From assembly GCA_051942205.1 (NCBI GenBank), contig JAVECO010000098.1, positions 1 to 64,000 on the forward strand: a DNA stretch of 64,000 nucleotides. Reading direction: 5' to 3'. The DNA is from Coniocarpon cinnabarinum. Lineage: Eukaryota. Below, in pieces: positions 12,215 through 25,918 of this stretch (positions are counted from its first letter, which is position 1; each line of letters starts with the position of its first letter). The translations under genes were made by a program, and so were the position numbers. The notes below the pieces were generated by a model that worked only from the letters and a program-made list of their open reading frames with translations, searched no databases and had not been told where the DNA came from.

Positions 12215-13327
12215 ATGCGCGTCAACGCTGTCGCTGCTCTCGCCGTCTCCCATGTTCTTGTCACTTACGCTGCTCCATTTCGCATTCAAGATGGCGAGCT
12301 CCAGCGACAACGGCGGCGTGCCGTAGACTATCCGGTCAAATACGCCAATGTACCAAAGCCGGCACACAAGCTCGTTGCCCGCGATCCGGAACCATACTCC
12401 GTCGTGCAGGTCGACGGAGACTCTTCATCCACTGCCGCGCCCCCAGCACCTCCAGCAACGATGACGGTGACTCCATCACCATCGACACAGACCATCGTTG
12501 TTACTTCAGTGATCCCGGGACCCACTTCAGACGAGACCGTTCTCATCACCACGACGCAGGAAGTTCTTGACACCACTACTTCGACTGCGGCTGGTCCCAC
12601 GCAGGTGGTGACGTCTCACTTTGAAGCACCTGTTGCTCTTCCCCAAGCCACGGTAACTGCGGTATCGACCTCAACATCGATTGCATCCTCAATCTTCACG
12701 GCACAATTGAGTGCCAGCGACTCAGACTCAGAGTCAGCTGTGGCTAACACCATCATGAACACCTTGGTCCAGACAGTCACAACTACAGAGGCCACATCTA
12801 CTCCCACAGCATATTACGATGACGGCATGTGGCACACTTATTATCCCATCAAGAATTTCGTGCCTGGGCCAGGCCCCAGTCCTACTGAAGCTGTTAGTGT
12901 TGACGACACTCAAGCGTCTTCGAGCTCCGAATCTCAGTCAGGTCTGACGAATTCTTCGGATGCTCAGCCAGTGCAGGCATCTACCGGTTCAGGCAGGTGG
13001 AAACTCAATCGTCGATGGGAAGCCCCAACGCCAGCATCCAACGTCGAGAAGTGGGTGGTCCATCCAAGCGCATCCCCGACTACCTACTCAAAGGCATGGG
13101 CCGTTGAGAGCCGTGGTGTGTGGACGCAATACACTCCAGCTCCGAGTCTTGCAATGGATCGTAGTGGATGGTCAGCGCCAGGTTCCCATGAGGGTGCGCC
13201 GTACGAACCTCAGGCCAGTCCCGCTTTCGGTCAATCAGCAAGTGGCCGCCAGGCATTTCCAAATCAGCCTCGTCGAGCACCCAATGATGTCAAGACTGCC
13301 AATTGGATTGGCACTCGCGTGAGGTAA
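12215..13327 (+). CDS. secreted Ser/Thr/Pro-rich protein of unknown function
   Basis: Signal-peptide-like MRVNAVAALAVSHVLVTYAAP, Thr-rich middle, aromatic motif YYDDGMWHTYYPIK. Confidence 0.75.
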   Translation: MRVNAVAALAVSHVLVTYAAPFRIQDGELQRQRRRAVDYPVKYANVPKPAHKLVARDPEPYSVVQVDGDSSSTAAPPAPPATMTVTPSPSTQTIVVTSVIPGPTSDETVLITTTQEVLDTTTSTAAGPTQVVTSHFEAPVALPQATVTAVSTSTSIASSIFTAQLSASDSDSESAVANTIMNTLVQTVTTTEATSTPTAYYDDGMWHTYYPIKNFVPGPGPSPTEAVSVDDTQASSSSESQSGLTNSSDAQPVQASTGSGRWKLNRRWEAPTPASNVEKWVVHPSASPTTYSKAWAVESRGVWTQYTPAPSLAMDRSGWSAPGSHEGAPYEPQASPAFGQSASGRQAFPNQPRRAPNDVKTANWIGTRVR

Positions 13328-13923
13328 AAGAGGCTGCAGACTCTGTCTGCAGAGTTTCGTTTTCACCACAGTTGTTCTTGCGTTGTTTTGAGTATCACTT
13401 TAGCGAATGTATGGCATTTCAGCGGGAAAGGGAAATGATGACAACGGGCATGATGGAACGGACGAATAGAATGTATTGTTAGGCATGACGCTCAGGTACT
13501 GCTCATGAAATACGAGCAGCAAAGGCCATAATGGTAATCCGAATAGATTTATTCCAGATTATTCAGCTGTCTTTTAGTATGTTCTTTGGTAGGTCTGCAC
13601 GAGGGTTTAGAAGGTCAGAACGCCCTTCGTGCAACCTCCCGCACTTGCTCCGTGGTCCCTTTCCATACCCGCAATAGACATCTGACACACGTCATATTTG
13701 TGTGCGCTCTCAACCGCTACACCTGCGGCGTTTACTCTCAACTCTCTGTCATTCTTCAATCAAAGTCTTCAGAAGCGCCGTGCGTCCTCAGAATTGTCGC
13801 CAGCGCCCACGTCTCGCTCTCAATAGGTCTGAAACTATAGCACCACCCTGACACGTTGCATGAGGAAGTTTCGGACACGTTGAACGCAGCAAGGCGGGTG
13901 GAGCAGCGGAAGCGGCGGTCGGG

Positions 13924-16801
13924 ATGGCCAACATGACGATGAGCGAGGAGCAGTCGCGCATGCTCGAGGATGCCTTGGGTGTTGTTCGTCAGCAGACGGT
14001 CATGATGCGCCGCTGTCTGGAGACGCCTGGAAAGCTTATGGACGCGTTGAAGCACTGGTGCGTTCTATTCGCCATCCTCATTCAGCAGCAATGAGCGCGC
14101 GCTGGAAGCAGCAGTCCTTTACTGACCACTGCTGTGCAGTTCCACCCTCGTCTCAGAGCTCCGCACGAGTACGTTAGGACCTAAACAGTACTATGAATTA
14201 TACATGGCCATTTTCGATGCTTTGCGACATCTATCCGTGTACCTTCGTGACAGCCATCCCGTCAATCACCTGGCCGACTTATATGAGCTCGTTCAGTATG
14301 CAGGGAACATCGTTCCTCGGCTGTATTTGATGATCACGGTGGGCACAGCATACATGGCAATACCGGACGCACCTGTGAAGGAGATCATGAAAGATATGAT
14401 GGAGATGAGTCGCGGTGTTCAACAGCCTACGCGTGGACTGTTTCTGAGGTACTATCTATCTGGACAAGCGAAAGACTACTTGCCCGCAGGAACAGGCGAC
14501 GGCCCTGAGGGCAACCTCCAAGACAGCATCGGATTTACACTCACGAACTTCGTGGAGATGAACAAGCTCTGGGTTCGTTTACAGCATCAGGGCCATTCAC
14601 GAGAACGCGAACAAAGATCTCGAGAGCGGCAAGAGCTTCAACTGCTCGTCGGGCATAACCTGGTACGGTTGAGCCAGTTGGTGGACTTGGAAGCGTACAA
14701 GACGGTTATACTACAACCATTACTAGAACAAGTCGTCCAGTGCCGGGATGTGCTTGCGCAAGAGTACCTCCTTGAAGGTATGCCGGATCGACGAGGTCTT
14801 TGACAAACGTGTGCTGATCTGAATTGTAGTAATCACACAGGTCTTTCCCGACGAGTTTCACCTCAACACCCTAGACCAGTTTCTCTCCGCCATTGCACGG
14901 CTAAACCCTCATGTCAACGTGAAAGCGATCGTGATTGGTTTAATGGATCGCCTGTCATCCTATGCAGCACGAGAGAGCAGCGAGAGGTCACATGAACAAC
15001 AAGCGGATGCGGAAGACAAGGCAACGGTGGAGTTACTCGAGAAGTTGCGGATATCAAAGGAGCAAAAGGAAGATTCACCGTCCACGCCAAAATCATCAGA
15101 ACGACCTTCAGAAGACTCTGCGCAGACCAACGGCGGTCCATCCGTGGATGGCGAGCAGTCCGACTCGCAGACGCTTGTTGGAGATTCTGCTACATCGACG
15201 ACTGCTTCCGTCAATGGTGATGCGAGTTCTCGTGCCATTCCACAAGATGTGAAGCTCTTTGAGATCTTCCATGAACAGGTCATGAACCTCGTGAGCATGC
15301 AACGGCTACCCATACAGGATATTACGGCTCTTCTCGTGTCTCTTGCTAATCTGTCCCTGTAAGTTCAGGTGTGGCCTCAGTACAAGAGTGCGAGCTGACG
15401 ATTCATAGTAATGTCTACCCTGATCGCCTGGACTATCTTGACCAAGTCCTTACTTATGCTAATGAAAAGTCCCAACAATTCTCCAACAGCGCAGACTTGC
15501 ACTCGCAAGGCTCACAAACCAACATGCTCAATCTCCTCATGGCGCCCATCAAGAAATATGTCTCTCTTTTCACGGCTCTCGCCTTGCCCAACTTCATTCC
15601 CCTGCTCCGGTCTCAAACATATCCCACTCGCCGCGCGCTAGCCTCAGAGATAGCTCGCTCCCTCATCCGCAACCAGACCCGAATATCGACCCAGGAGAAC
15701 CTCGACGCCGTGCTTGAAATCCTCAAAGTGCTCATTAAGGAGGGTATGCAACAGACCGGCTATCCAGGCGGTCCCATGCGCCGCGGTCAAGAAACTGACG
15801 AAACCCTCGACGAGCAAGGCCAACTCGCGCGCATTGTCCATCTCGTCCGCAGCCCAGACGACGACGTCCAGCTCAAACTCATCCAGTCCCTGCGCAAGAC
15901 CTTCACCGAAGGCGGTGACCGCATCAAATACACAACCCCGGCGCTCATCACCGCCTGCATCCACCTCGTCCGGCGCGTCCACACACGCTCCTCCAATTCT
16001 TCGCAATCCGACGAGCAAGACGCCGCCACTAATAATCTCAACCAACAGATCTACAAGCAAATCCACAGCCTCATCTCCTCGCTCTATTCCCGCGCTACGA
16101 CCTCCTCAACTGGCCTTGCTACCGCCAACGCCTCCGCAGCCGCTGCGTCGATCGCAGATCTCTCCCTTCGCCTGTTCCTATCAGCAGGCCAAATCGCCGA
16201 CCAAACGGCTCACGAAGAGATCGCGTACGAGTTCTTTGCGCAAGCGTTTACCGTGTACGAGGAATCGGTGTCGGACTCCCGTGCTCAATTTCAAGCCGTA
16301 TGTTGTATCGCCAGCGCCCTTTTCCAGACTCGCAATTTCAGCCGCGAAAACTACGACACGCTTATCACGAAATGCACCCTTCATGGTTCCCGCCTCCTCA
16401 AGAAACCGGATCAATGCCGCGCCGTCTGCGCTGCTGCGCACCTCTGGTGGGGCCAGGAAATCCGCGGTCGCACAGACGAAGAAGGCGACTTCTACCGCGA
16501 CGGCCGCCGCGTGCTTGAGTGTCTACAGCGCGCCCTCCGCGTCGCTGACGCCTGCATGGATACGGCGGTCTCTGTTGAGCTCTTCGTGGAGGTGCTGGGA
16601 CGTTATGTGTACTTTTTTGAGCAGGAGAATGATGCGGTAACGGTGAAATACATTAATGGGTTGATTGAGCTGATTCATAGTCATTTGGGAAGTGATGAGC
16701 AGACGCCGGCGATGGAGGCGCCGAGGAGGCATTTCGAGAGGACTTTGGCTTTTATTGAGGGGAGGGAGTTTGAGGGGGTGGAGACCGCGGCGAAGAGTTA
16801 G
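13924..16801 (+). CDS. VPS35: retromer cargo-recognition subunit Vps35
   Basis: [22 protein letters not shown] and RGLFLRYYL motifs, C-terminal [18 protein letters not shown]. Introns 14058-14139, 14778-14829 and 15359-15408 restore the frame. Confidence 0.97.
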
Positions 16802-16873
16802 GGTGGAGAATCGTGTACAGTCGCTTGTGGCAGAGAGAAGGTGTGCGAACTTGAGAGTGGCGCGTGGATCAGA

Positions 16874-16901
16874 TGAGAATGAGAATGAGAATGAGAGAAT
16901 G
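16874..16901. repeat. (TGAGAA)n short tandem repeat downstream of VPS35
   Basis: tgagaatgagaatgagaatgagagaatg. Confidence 0.7.
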
Positions 16902-17022
16902 TAACTATACCCACGCGGAGGTATATTCCTAGCTTTTACCGACTCTGATCTGCTCTTTCGCTGCTGCCCTTCATCTCAGCCCATCCAGTCATACAATTCG
17001 GACTGGCAAACGAGATGGCAAA

Positions 17023-17913
17023 CTAGACTTCGGTCACTTTGCCCGTTTTGAGGTCGAATACAAAACCCCTGACGCCGCTCTTCATCTGCTCAGGAACGAA
17101 TGGGTCCGCTTTCAGCACGGCGATGTCCTCTTTGACACCCTCAGCGAGTGTTTTGTGACCGAATGCGATGTTTTCCTCCCAACTTTCGATCTCGGCTTTG
17201 CGATCTGAATGGCTGTTCGTATCGTTAGTGTATTGCTTGTGAGTCGCTTGGTCTTCGTCTTATCCCTTTTCTTAGATGAATATGCCGCAGACGTCGCCGG
17301 AGCTGCGAAAGACTTGTAAAATTTTCTCTCGCAGATGAGTGGGCCTTTGTGACAGGGAGATGAGGAAGGAGAGGAGCGAGAGGAGAAGGAGAACGACGTG
17401 ATATTGTCAACAGTGATGACGGCAGCATGGATGCAAAGAGTGCAAATCAGACGTGAGACGGGAAAACACACCGAGCTATAATATCGTCCTTAATCGCACG
17501 ATCCGTAAAATGCGTAGCGCCGCAGTCCGAATGATGCACAAGCAACACCTGCGTCAAGGTGCCATGGCCGATAAAGGCATCAATGTACGCGAGATCCCGG
17601 AGGATCGGACGGACGTGACCGCCGACGGTGCGCCAGACGAGGGCTTCTTTCGGTTTGTTAGCTTTCGAAACTTACGTATGCGCAGCGGAGAAGAAGGGAA
17701 ACGAGAGGAGTGAAGAAATAAGGGGAGCTTACCGCCTGGGTGCAGGCCGAAGAACTCTTCTGGATACAGCCGTGGGTCGGCACAAGAGATGATGATGGTG
17801 TTGACGAGAGGGATGCCCAGTTTGGGGAACTCGTCGAAAAGGGGACGAGCTTGGTAGGTGGCTTGCATGGCTGTGTTGCGGGCGAGGAGATCATCGACGG
17901 TGAGTGTCGACAT
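17023..17913 (-). CDS. beta-class carbonic anhydrase (clade D-like)
   Basis: Exons 17733-17913, 17472-17646 and 17023-17212 give SCADPR...RTVGG...VHHSDCG...VRGFVFDLKTGKVTEV*. The Zn ligands Cys, His and Cys are present. Confidence 0.85.
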
Positions 17914-18990
17914 ATTGGCTGGAGATGAGGTAAATGGGCTGAATTGACGCGGTCCCGGTAGTGATGGAGGAAAGCAGTGGTACTGGACCTGACTAGAAAA
18001 CGGAGCAAAGGGGAGGTCGTGATAGCGTTGGTGGAAAGGGGTGTGAGAGGGAAAGAAGAGCGAGGAGACTCTCTTATAACATCAATGATTGCAACGCTCA
18101 TTGAGCTTTCTTTCGGCGACTACGCCATCCAGGCTGCCTAGCTGTAATTCGACCTTCGACCAGTCTTACTTGCTTTATCAGCATCGAAGGCACTCTCGAA
18201 TCAAGTACAAGCATAGCACAGATATCCTGCGATCAGCGGATGACGCAAGTCAAAGTTGACTCACAAACCCATCGATCTTACAAACGCAATGATTTTACAC
18301 ATGTCAAAAGTTCCACAGGGCAAAGCGCTGACATGATGTAGCAAGCCGAAGCCAATGAAGAGCAAGGAGGTGCCATCGACACAGGTTTAAACGATTTTGA
18401 CTAAACGCTTGCATATGGCGGTGGCGGTCCACGAAGGGACGTGTCAGCGGCATTTGTACAGTCGACGGCATACCGGCACTTGATATCAGCTGCCAGGAGG
18501 GAAGCGACAGTTGCGAAATGGTAAGCAGATAGTGAAGAGATGTCGATGGTGGAGAAGACAGAGAGCTCCATACAACTGCTCTCCATGCTATATTACAACA
18601 TACGCTAGCCGAGTTGGTGCATTGGAAGGTATCAGGTGAGCTCGTATTGGTCGAGAACGCGGGAGTGTTTGTACACTTACCAACAAATCTATAAGCTTAG
18701 TTACTACACATTATGCTTTGGGTCGGGTGATGGAATGCCAGGGTCAACTTCGGTAATGGCGGTAGAAGCGAAATCGCTAGGTAGGCGGCGTAGAAAGTGC
18801 GTGAGAGAATGACGGATCCGGGTCAAACAGCTAGAATCGAGTGCGGATATTTCATGCGCAATCAAACTAGAGGTTGTTTAGACTCAATGTAACTCCCTAT
18901 ACACGCTCATTGCATCCAACCCTGCTATTAACAGGAAGTAGTATGTGGCTTATCTCACCATTGCCTCTATTGGTCTCTTTGACGACGCTT

Positions 18991-20650
18991 TCAAGTCATG
19001 ATCTTCTTGCCGCCATCTGGTAGCGGTGCCTATAATCAACACATTAGAGACTACCGCATTTTGATTAAGTTAGGACCAGCCACGTACCTTGAACAACACG
19101 TAAGGCAACTGTCTTCGTTCTGTGCCCGGATAGAACGAACTCGTTAATTGGAGTTGATTCACGGTGAAGTACAAGTAACCGTCCCATCCCACGCTCAGCG
19201 TATCCACCCAGTTGATTCTTGGATCCCGCACGAACGTCGTTTGCGTGGCATTGTTGGGGAAGTAAATCGAGACTGCTTCCTGCTCGATGTTTCCGCCATA
19301 GATGTATCCATTACTGTCGGTCTCCAGTCCATCCGAGATGCCCTTCTCACCACGATTCTGCACCATGTTCTGCGCCATGAGCTCTGAAGTCGGTGAGTGG
19401 TCGCGCAGAGCAGAAGTGGGAATTGAGTACAGATACCGGCCTGCGATGGAACTGAAAAACAGGTGCTGGCCGTCAGCGCCCAGAGCGATGCCGTCAGATC
19501 CAAACGGAATGTGACCATACGGCATCGTCATGGGGTTGCTGGAATAGAACAGAGGCTGACCCCACACATACGGCGTCACTTGTTCCAGCGGCCTGACTCT
19601 CGGATCACCATCGAGATGTCGCCATGATTCGCCGGATGTGAGGTCTACAACAATAATGCCGTTGCGTCCTTCGGTGGACGAGTCGGTGATATATGCAACG
19701 CCAGCACTTCCATTACTATTCAAACCGGAGAGGTTGGGTGATCGGTCAACACGGACATCGTTCAGGTACGAGTCTTGGTATGCCACCGTTACTGGGAATG
19801 TGTAGGTGCGTATAACCTGATTCGTTGCGAGATCCACTGTAACTAACTTGGGTCCACCCGGTACAGCCGGTAGAAGCATAGCAGAAGCAGGATCGACGGC
19901 ACGGCCGGTATCCAGGATCAGAAGCGTATTGCTGCTGTCAATAACAACAGACTGGACGCCAATGAGATAGTCGGAATAGGAGGCGCTCGTGGCGGGAGTG
20001 GTGGAGAAATTCAAAGCGCCACCAGGTGGATGGTTGTAGTCTGCCGATGGGTATGGTACTTGCGTGCCATTAGGTAGGAGCTCCGCAACTTGATACTTGT
20101 TTGGTGTTTGAGGGGTATTGCTGAAGCTACTGTCAGACAAAGACTGCGTGGGAAGTGACCAATGATGTAGCGGATGGGAAGCCAATGCTGGTGTGAGGCG
20201 CATGCCTGGATCCTATGTGAAAGACTTGCGCCACTCACGTATTGTTTGGGTCCAGACCTGCTGGGTACTACGAATACGAATGTCAAATCATTGGATCCTG
20301 AGGACGCATATGCTGAGCCTCACTCACGTTTGAGAACAGACGACCTTCCTGGGAAACGGCCACCCCTGCAGCAGTGAGTTATGTGCACGTCAACTATGTT
20401 GAAAGTTCCTGTCACGGACCGGTTGGCCATTGATCTATTCCGCCAGTCAGTCATCACATGGACGTTGGATCCCAGACTGCTGTTGAATTTCTCGCTCGTG
20501 CTCAAGCAAAGAGTATCTTGCGATTCACTTACCGTTGTAGAGGAACGCAATATCCAGCGGTGGGCCTGCCACGCCACTGTCGCTTATAGGCTGCTGCTGT
20601 GCCACCGCCAGCGACACCAGGCTGGTCGTTACTATTCTTTTAGCAAACAT
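18991..20650 (-). CDS. secreted major royal jelly protein / Yellow-like beta-propeller protein
   Basis: Signal peptide MFAKRIVTTSLVSLAVAQ; WPTGVAVS, ILDTG, YLNDVRVD, SDGIAL, SDGLETD and RINWVDT motifs; several small 5' exons; last exon APLPDGGKKIMT*. Confidence 0.88.
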
Positions 20651-21533
20651 TTTGTATCGTTGCGATCACAGGTATACACAATGAATCCAGCAAATTGCTT
20701 TGGCATCAGAGATCTACTCGATTATTATGTCGTTCAGTATGATTTCATATAGCCATGTTGTAGACTATGACGACAGCCGCGGATGTCAATCGGGGAGCGC
20801 CTTGTCACCTGCCTGATTGAGCTCCAATTGCATCCATCGCGAGTCTGGGTCCTGCATTGGCGACGATCAGAGCTTATTACGTGTGCGCGATCGGCGCCAG
20901 GCTGGCAGGAACAGGAAAAGTGGGATGTACTCCGCATGATTTGCGTTGATCGCGGGACTCCACTCTTTGTTCCGAATAGCCGCAAGCCCTTTGCGACTCG
21001 ACTTTCGTGGAGTCTGGGTGCAATCTCATAAGGCCATTAGAACACATTGTCCCTGACGTGAATCAAACAAAACACACTGTTCACGAGATGTTGCTCACTT
21101 CTCCCGAGTGAGCACAAGCGAAATCCTTGGTCATGGATGCTCATGGTGCTTTTCAGTGGAATCCTCACCTCAAGAAACTCAACTTTCTGTATTGGCTATG
21201 AAGTATTCAGAAGAGCAACGTGCACACGCTGACGTGCTGAAATAGGTGGGAATGCCATATGAGAGGACATGGATGACATGACTGTATGGCCGCGATTTCG
21301 TGGTTCAAAATTTGTTTAATGCTGGGCCACCTGGCAAGTGTCACCAAGTAACCTTCCAATAATGAGATGGGTATTCGTGCTCCTCTGCTTCGTGCAAGCG
21401 CTCAAGATCATGAAGCTGTTGTGTTTATCCTGCTACGCCAACCCCCCCAAATGCTCGCTTGAACGCATTGATAAGACTTAAAGTTAAAATCGTGGGATGA
21501 GGCCTGCAGCAACCCTCGCAGATGCGTGGCCCG

Positions 21534-24500
21534 TCATGCAATATTCCCGTTAGTCTGAGAGTGTGTCTGAAGTTTCTGGGCTTCAAGCGAATCTGCTCGT
21601 TGCACCGCAGCTTGCAGGATCTGCTGTTCGTGCTGGTCGAGATGCTGCATGAGGTTACCATAGAAATCTGGCTGTTCTTGTTGCAGTCTCATCAAGCTGC
21701 CCTTGAGTACACCATAAGGCTCCACGTTGTCGAGCGGTGTTTCTAGTAAAGACTCTTCTTCAAGCTCGTCGTCGTTTTCGGTGGTGACATTGCCGAATTT
21801 CGAAGCCTCTTCACTCAGGAAATCGAGGTACGCTTGGCTCTCCGAGTTGACGTCCTGTGTCTCGTTTCCTTCGTCCTCCCATTCGTTTTCTTCAGTCCAC
21901 TCCTCATCATCCTCATCTGAGAAATCGCTATTCAGTTGAAAGTCGTTTTCTTTCTTAGCTTCCTCTCGATCTGAGCGTCTGTGTTAGTCATGGTTATGTT
22001 GTACGAAGCAGGTCTACTTACTCTTCTCAGCTTGTGGCAATGTCTGAAAGAGTTTCACAAGCCCATGTAACAGACGAGGCCAGCCTTCCTGTACACTGTG
22101 AGGTACGTTCGAAGCAGGCATTGTAATGAGAGAAGTAATCGCTGTGATTGACAGCTTCTTATCGTGAACCCGTGTCATGCTGTCCATGCCCTGAAACCAC
22201 ATGTTGAAGAACTTGCTGGTGTTGCCGTTTGCTTCCAAAACCTGCAATGTCAGAACAGGGTTGTAGTAGAGCGCATTAATAACCATTTCCAGCAGATGTA
22301 TCCGATATGACTTGATCTTGACTTCATTGTTCTGAAGTATTGTCATAGCAAGATTGACGAAGATGCCAACGTGCTCGTCGATGTTCCCTCGCAGGCTCAA
22401 CATGAGGGCTTCTGCAAGGCGGCAACCGCAAATACGGTCGACCCCACCGACCTTCTTGTCCTCGAAGACAATCTTGATCATCTCGACAACGGCTTCAATG
22501 TATTTGGGTTGTTGCGACATTTGTGCGGGGCCGAACTGGATGAAGTTCTCAAATGCAGGCAACATGTCTTCGAGATAAAGTTCTGCGCCGGCTTTGAATG
22601 TAGTGTGCATCAGTTCAAATGCCTCCCACATGACTGGGGAGATGGACTTGGAGGCAAATGTGCAGCTGTCAACTATCTCAAAAATCTCGGTGTACAGATC
22701 GTAGAGTTTATTGTCCAGCGTGATCTTGATGAGAGGCATGAGCGCTTGCTCGAGGTGAAGTAAGACCTCCGGACTGCTTTCCAGTGTGAGGATCAATGTG
22801 CCGATGGTCTGCAACACACCCAGGGCTGTCACGCTCTTGTCATCCAGCAAATTGCCCATGCCTTCTTCTTCGCCTTCCTTCTCGTCGCTCCTCTCCAACA
22901 CTTCTTTGATGATCCGCAGGTACGTGTCGCGAAGCTGTTCAGTCAAAGCGACGGCAAACGGGGTCAGTTCTGACGAAAAGACCTCTACAAAATCTTCCAT
23001 GACATTTGCGAGCGCATCCACGTCCACTTCATTTGCAAGCTTGAGCAGTTGCTGCATGATTTGAGGTATGCTCTGTTGCATCTGTGCCCTGATGATGTCG
23101 TGCCGAATGAGGGGCTGCAGCGCCAACGCGGCTTCGACGCGCACCGGCAGTTCAGGATCTGCCATGCTCTGTAGTATATTTCTGTATGCCAGAAGAAGGT
23201 TGTTCTCATCCCTGAATTCCAAAGCTTCGAACTTCTCTAGCACGTCACACGCTCGCGCGCGCAGATAGCCGTGAGGACTTCTGAATTCGGGAAAGACGTG
23301 GCGGACGAAGAAATACTCGACCTGATTAGCGATAGGACTCTTTTTGCCAAGCAAAACGGATGCGAAGGTCCCAATCATTTTCAACGCGCCCTCTTTCTCT
23401 CTCGGGTTCTTCTCATTGTCGGGAGCGGACTCGTACCTGTTAACAACACCATTAATGAAGTTCAGGATCGTGAAAGTCTGCTTTTTTCGTAGCTTTGTCA
23501 TGGAGTTGATGAAATTCATGGCAGCCACGTCCGGTGCCGAAGCTTGCTCATAGTAATTCAATTTCCGATGCAGATACTCCGCGGGTTCGCTCTCAAATAG
23601 CTCCAGGTCCTCTTCAGATAGACACAAAACGGGAAATATCAAATGTGCTGTGAGACTTTCGATGTGTGGCTCAAGATGACCCCACATGAGCTTGGGCTTG
23701 ACACACTCATCCAAAAAGGTCAGGATCTGGGAGAGCGCAGACTTGCTGAGCCACGTGGTCTTTGCCACCCACTTTTCGACCTGACTCAAATAGACCTTGA
23801 GAATTTCAGGCGCAAAGTTTTGCAGAAATGCCTCCGAAAACGCCTTGTATTCATCCCCGTTCTTCTTTGTTAGAGCAGCAGGATTACCGTATCGAACAAA
23901 CAGCCGATTGAGGTTTCCATATGCCCACTTTTTCGCTTTCCACCAATGATTGGTTTCCCTCTCATCCTGATCTTCAGGCATGGCCGAGGGTGGTGGATCT
24001 TTCGAGACGGTGTTGAGAAAGAGCTGACACCAGCCAACGATGTTCTGCTGCTCTTTGAGGTGAGGTGGTAGCTCGAAGTAAATGGCATGCTTGAAGGCTT
24101 TCATGACAGCTCGGAGCATCTCGCCAGCCTCGATGCTCGTCTCTTGCACCAGCTTATTACCCATTGCCAGCAACTGAGGAAATGCGCCCGCGACAACGTG
24201 GGTTTCGAAATCGGTTCGGTTCTCGCTGGACTTGAATCGATACACTCGACAGATGCCGAGTATGCATTGCAGGCCAGCGTAGACCTGATTGACGTCCTGG
24301 GCGCCCAGGAGTTGGCCAGTGATGTTTAGGATGTCAGGCCAGTGGTCGGGGTAGTCCGTATGTAAGACAGTCTGAAGAATCGGTATCAACTGCGTACGGA
24401 CACGCGTGGGAGAGTTGGCAAGCAAGGGAATGAGCTTCGCTCGAAAAGCCTGCTTCTCATTATTGGAGATGCGCTTGTTCTGAGGGTATTCATCTGAGGG

Positions 24501-24825
24501 ATTCCAGGCCCTGGTGATTTTGTTCTTGAGGTAGACGACCGCTGGTACGAAGGGTCAGATCTGAGTCTGGTGATGGACTCCTCCATTGCCACCTACTCGC
24601 TTGTTTCACACCGGGCTCTTGTTCCACCTCAAGAATCTTGACGAGTGCATCGACAAATCCAGGATTCTCTTCGGCCTAGTGAGTAAAGTCAGACACCTCG
24701 AAACGCAGGACGCAGCGCCTTGGACGGATGCATACTCTTCGCAAATCTAACTCCGCTTGCCGGCGAATGTTGGTGTCTGGGGAGAGTGTGGCCTCTATGC
24801 GCTGGCGAAGAGCATTGGCTTCCAT
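21534..24825 (-). CDS. NMD5: importin-7/8 family karyopherin (Nmd5/Sxm1)
   Basis: IBN_N start MEANALRQRIEATL..RRQAELDL, WWKAKKWAYGNLNRLF, HGYLRARAC, acidic C-terminal region. Multi-exon. Confidence 0.92.
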
Positions 24826-25918
24826 GGTGTTTGAGCAAGGGCCGCGGAAGATTTGTAGAGGGTAGAATGGAATGGAGCAATGGGAACGCGGGGCTTCATT
24901 CAGAACAAAGGGATCTTGCAAAAAGAGGTTTCGCAGGCGGGCATGAGGGACGGGGAAAAGACGAGTTGGACGCTGCTACCCAAGCAACAAGCTGGAAGCC
25001 CAGACAGCATCACCAAAGACGCAAAAGACATTCGCAAAAAAAGCGTCGGAGTGTCAAGGTGTGCTCAAATCATGCATTCGTTCTGCGCCAATCGCGTGCT
25101 TTGCTCTCCCTCTGCGGTCCGAGCACGGACCATGCACCTGATCTGCGGCGATACGGCGGAGGAATCGTGATTCCCACGCATGACGAGTGGCGGCTCTACG
25201 CAGTGCCACGAATCCTCTCAAGCTAGTGCTTACTCGGGTTTTCGTTTCTCCGTGCCTGCTCAAGATTCCCTGCAAGTGAGTCTCAACACTACATACGCAC
25301 CGGGAACCCTGTCTTTTCTGCACGCGAACGAGATTGTACTGTGGTGGATGTACCTTCAACGGAGGCTCCCTCGCCTTAGGAAAGTGGTCGTAAAGCCACG
25401 TGCAGCACCAGCTGGTGTTATCATTGATGCAGAGTCTCTCCCTCCAACCTGGCATCAACGCTGCATTGCCCGTCTCATACATTGAGGCACGCTGATACTC
25501 GACCCTCTGAATCTGCATAGGCTTGAGCTGTCAACAAGCCAGGCTTTGCCCATTCCAGCGCTTCTTATTTGCTCTACGGAATAGTAAGGTGCCCAAGAGC
25601 GTGGAACAAAGCCACTTGCAAGGAGAGAATCTAGGTTGCGCTCAATAGTTGGATGACTCTGTGTTAGAAGGTGCGCTGGGATTGTGTTGAGACAATAGCG
25701 AAGATTTGCTGTAAGCAATCTTCGTGAAGTGTTCCCCTCCACCTCTGTGCAAGTCAGACAGTCCGTCTCCTTTCTATTGACCTTTGCAAATTTCTTATAG
25801 AACACTTGCTTGAAAGCGGAGGCAAAGCTGCTCTGCTTGGCACTTACACAAAAACGTCACCCTACCTGTACATGGACAGCAAGCGTGAAGAACAGCCGAA
25901 ACTGATCATAGTCACCTT

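Noticed and set aside
15714..16640. 308-aa overlapping ORF inside VPS35 and similar shadow ORFs (e.g. 30043-30690)
   Set aside because: These are alternative-frame or antisense by-products of GC-rich codon usage and show no protein motifs.
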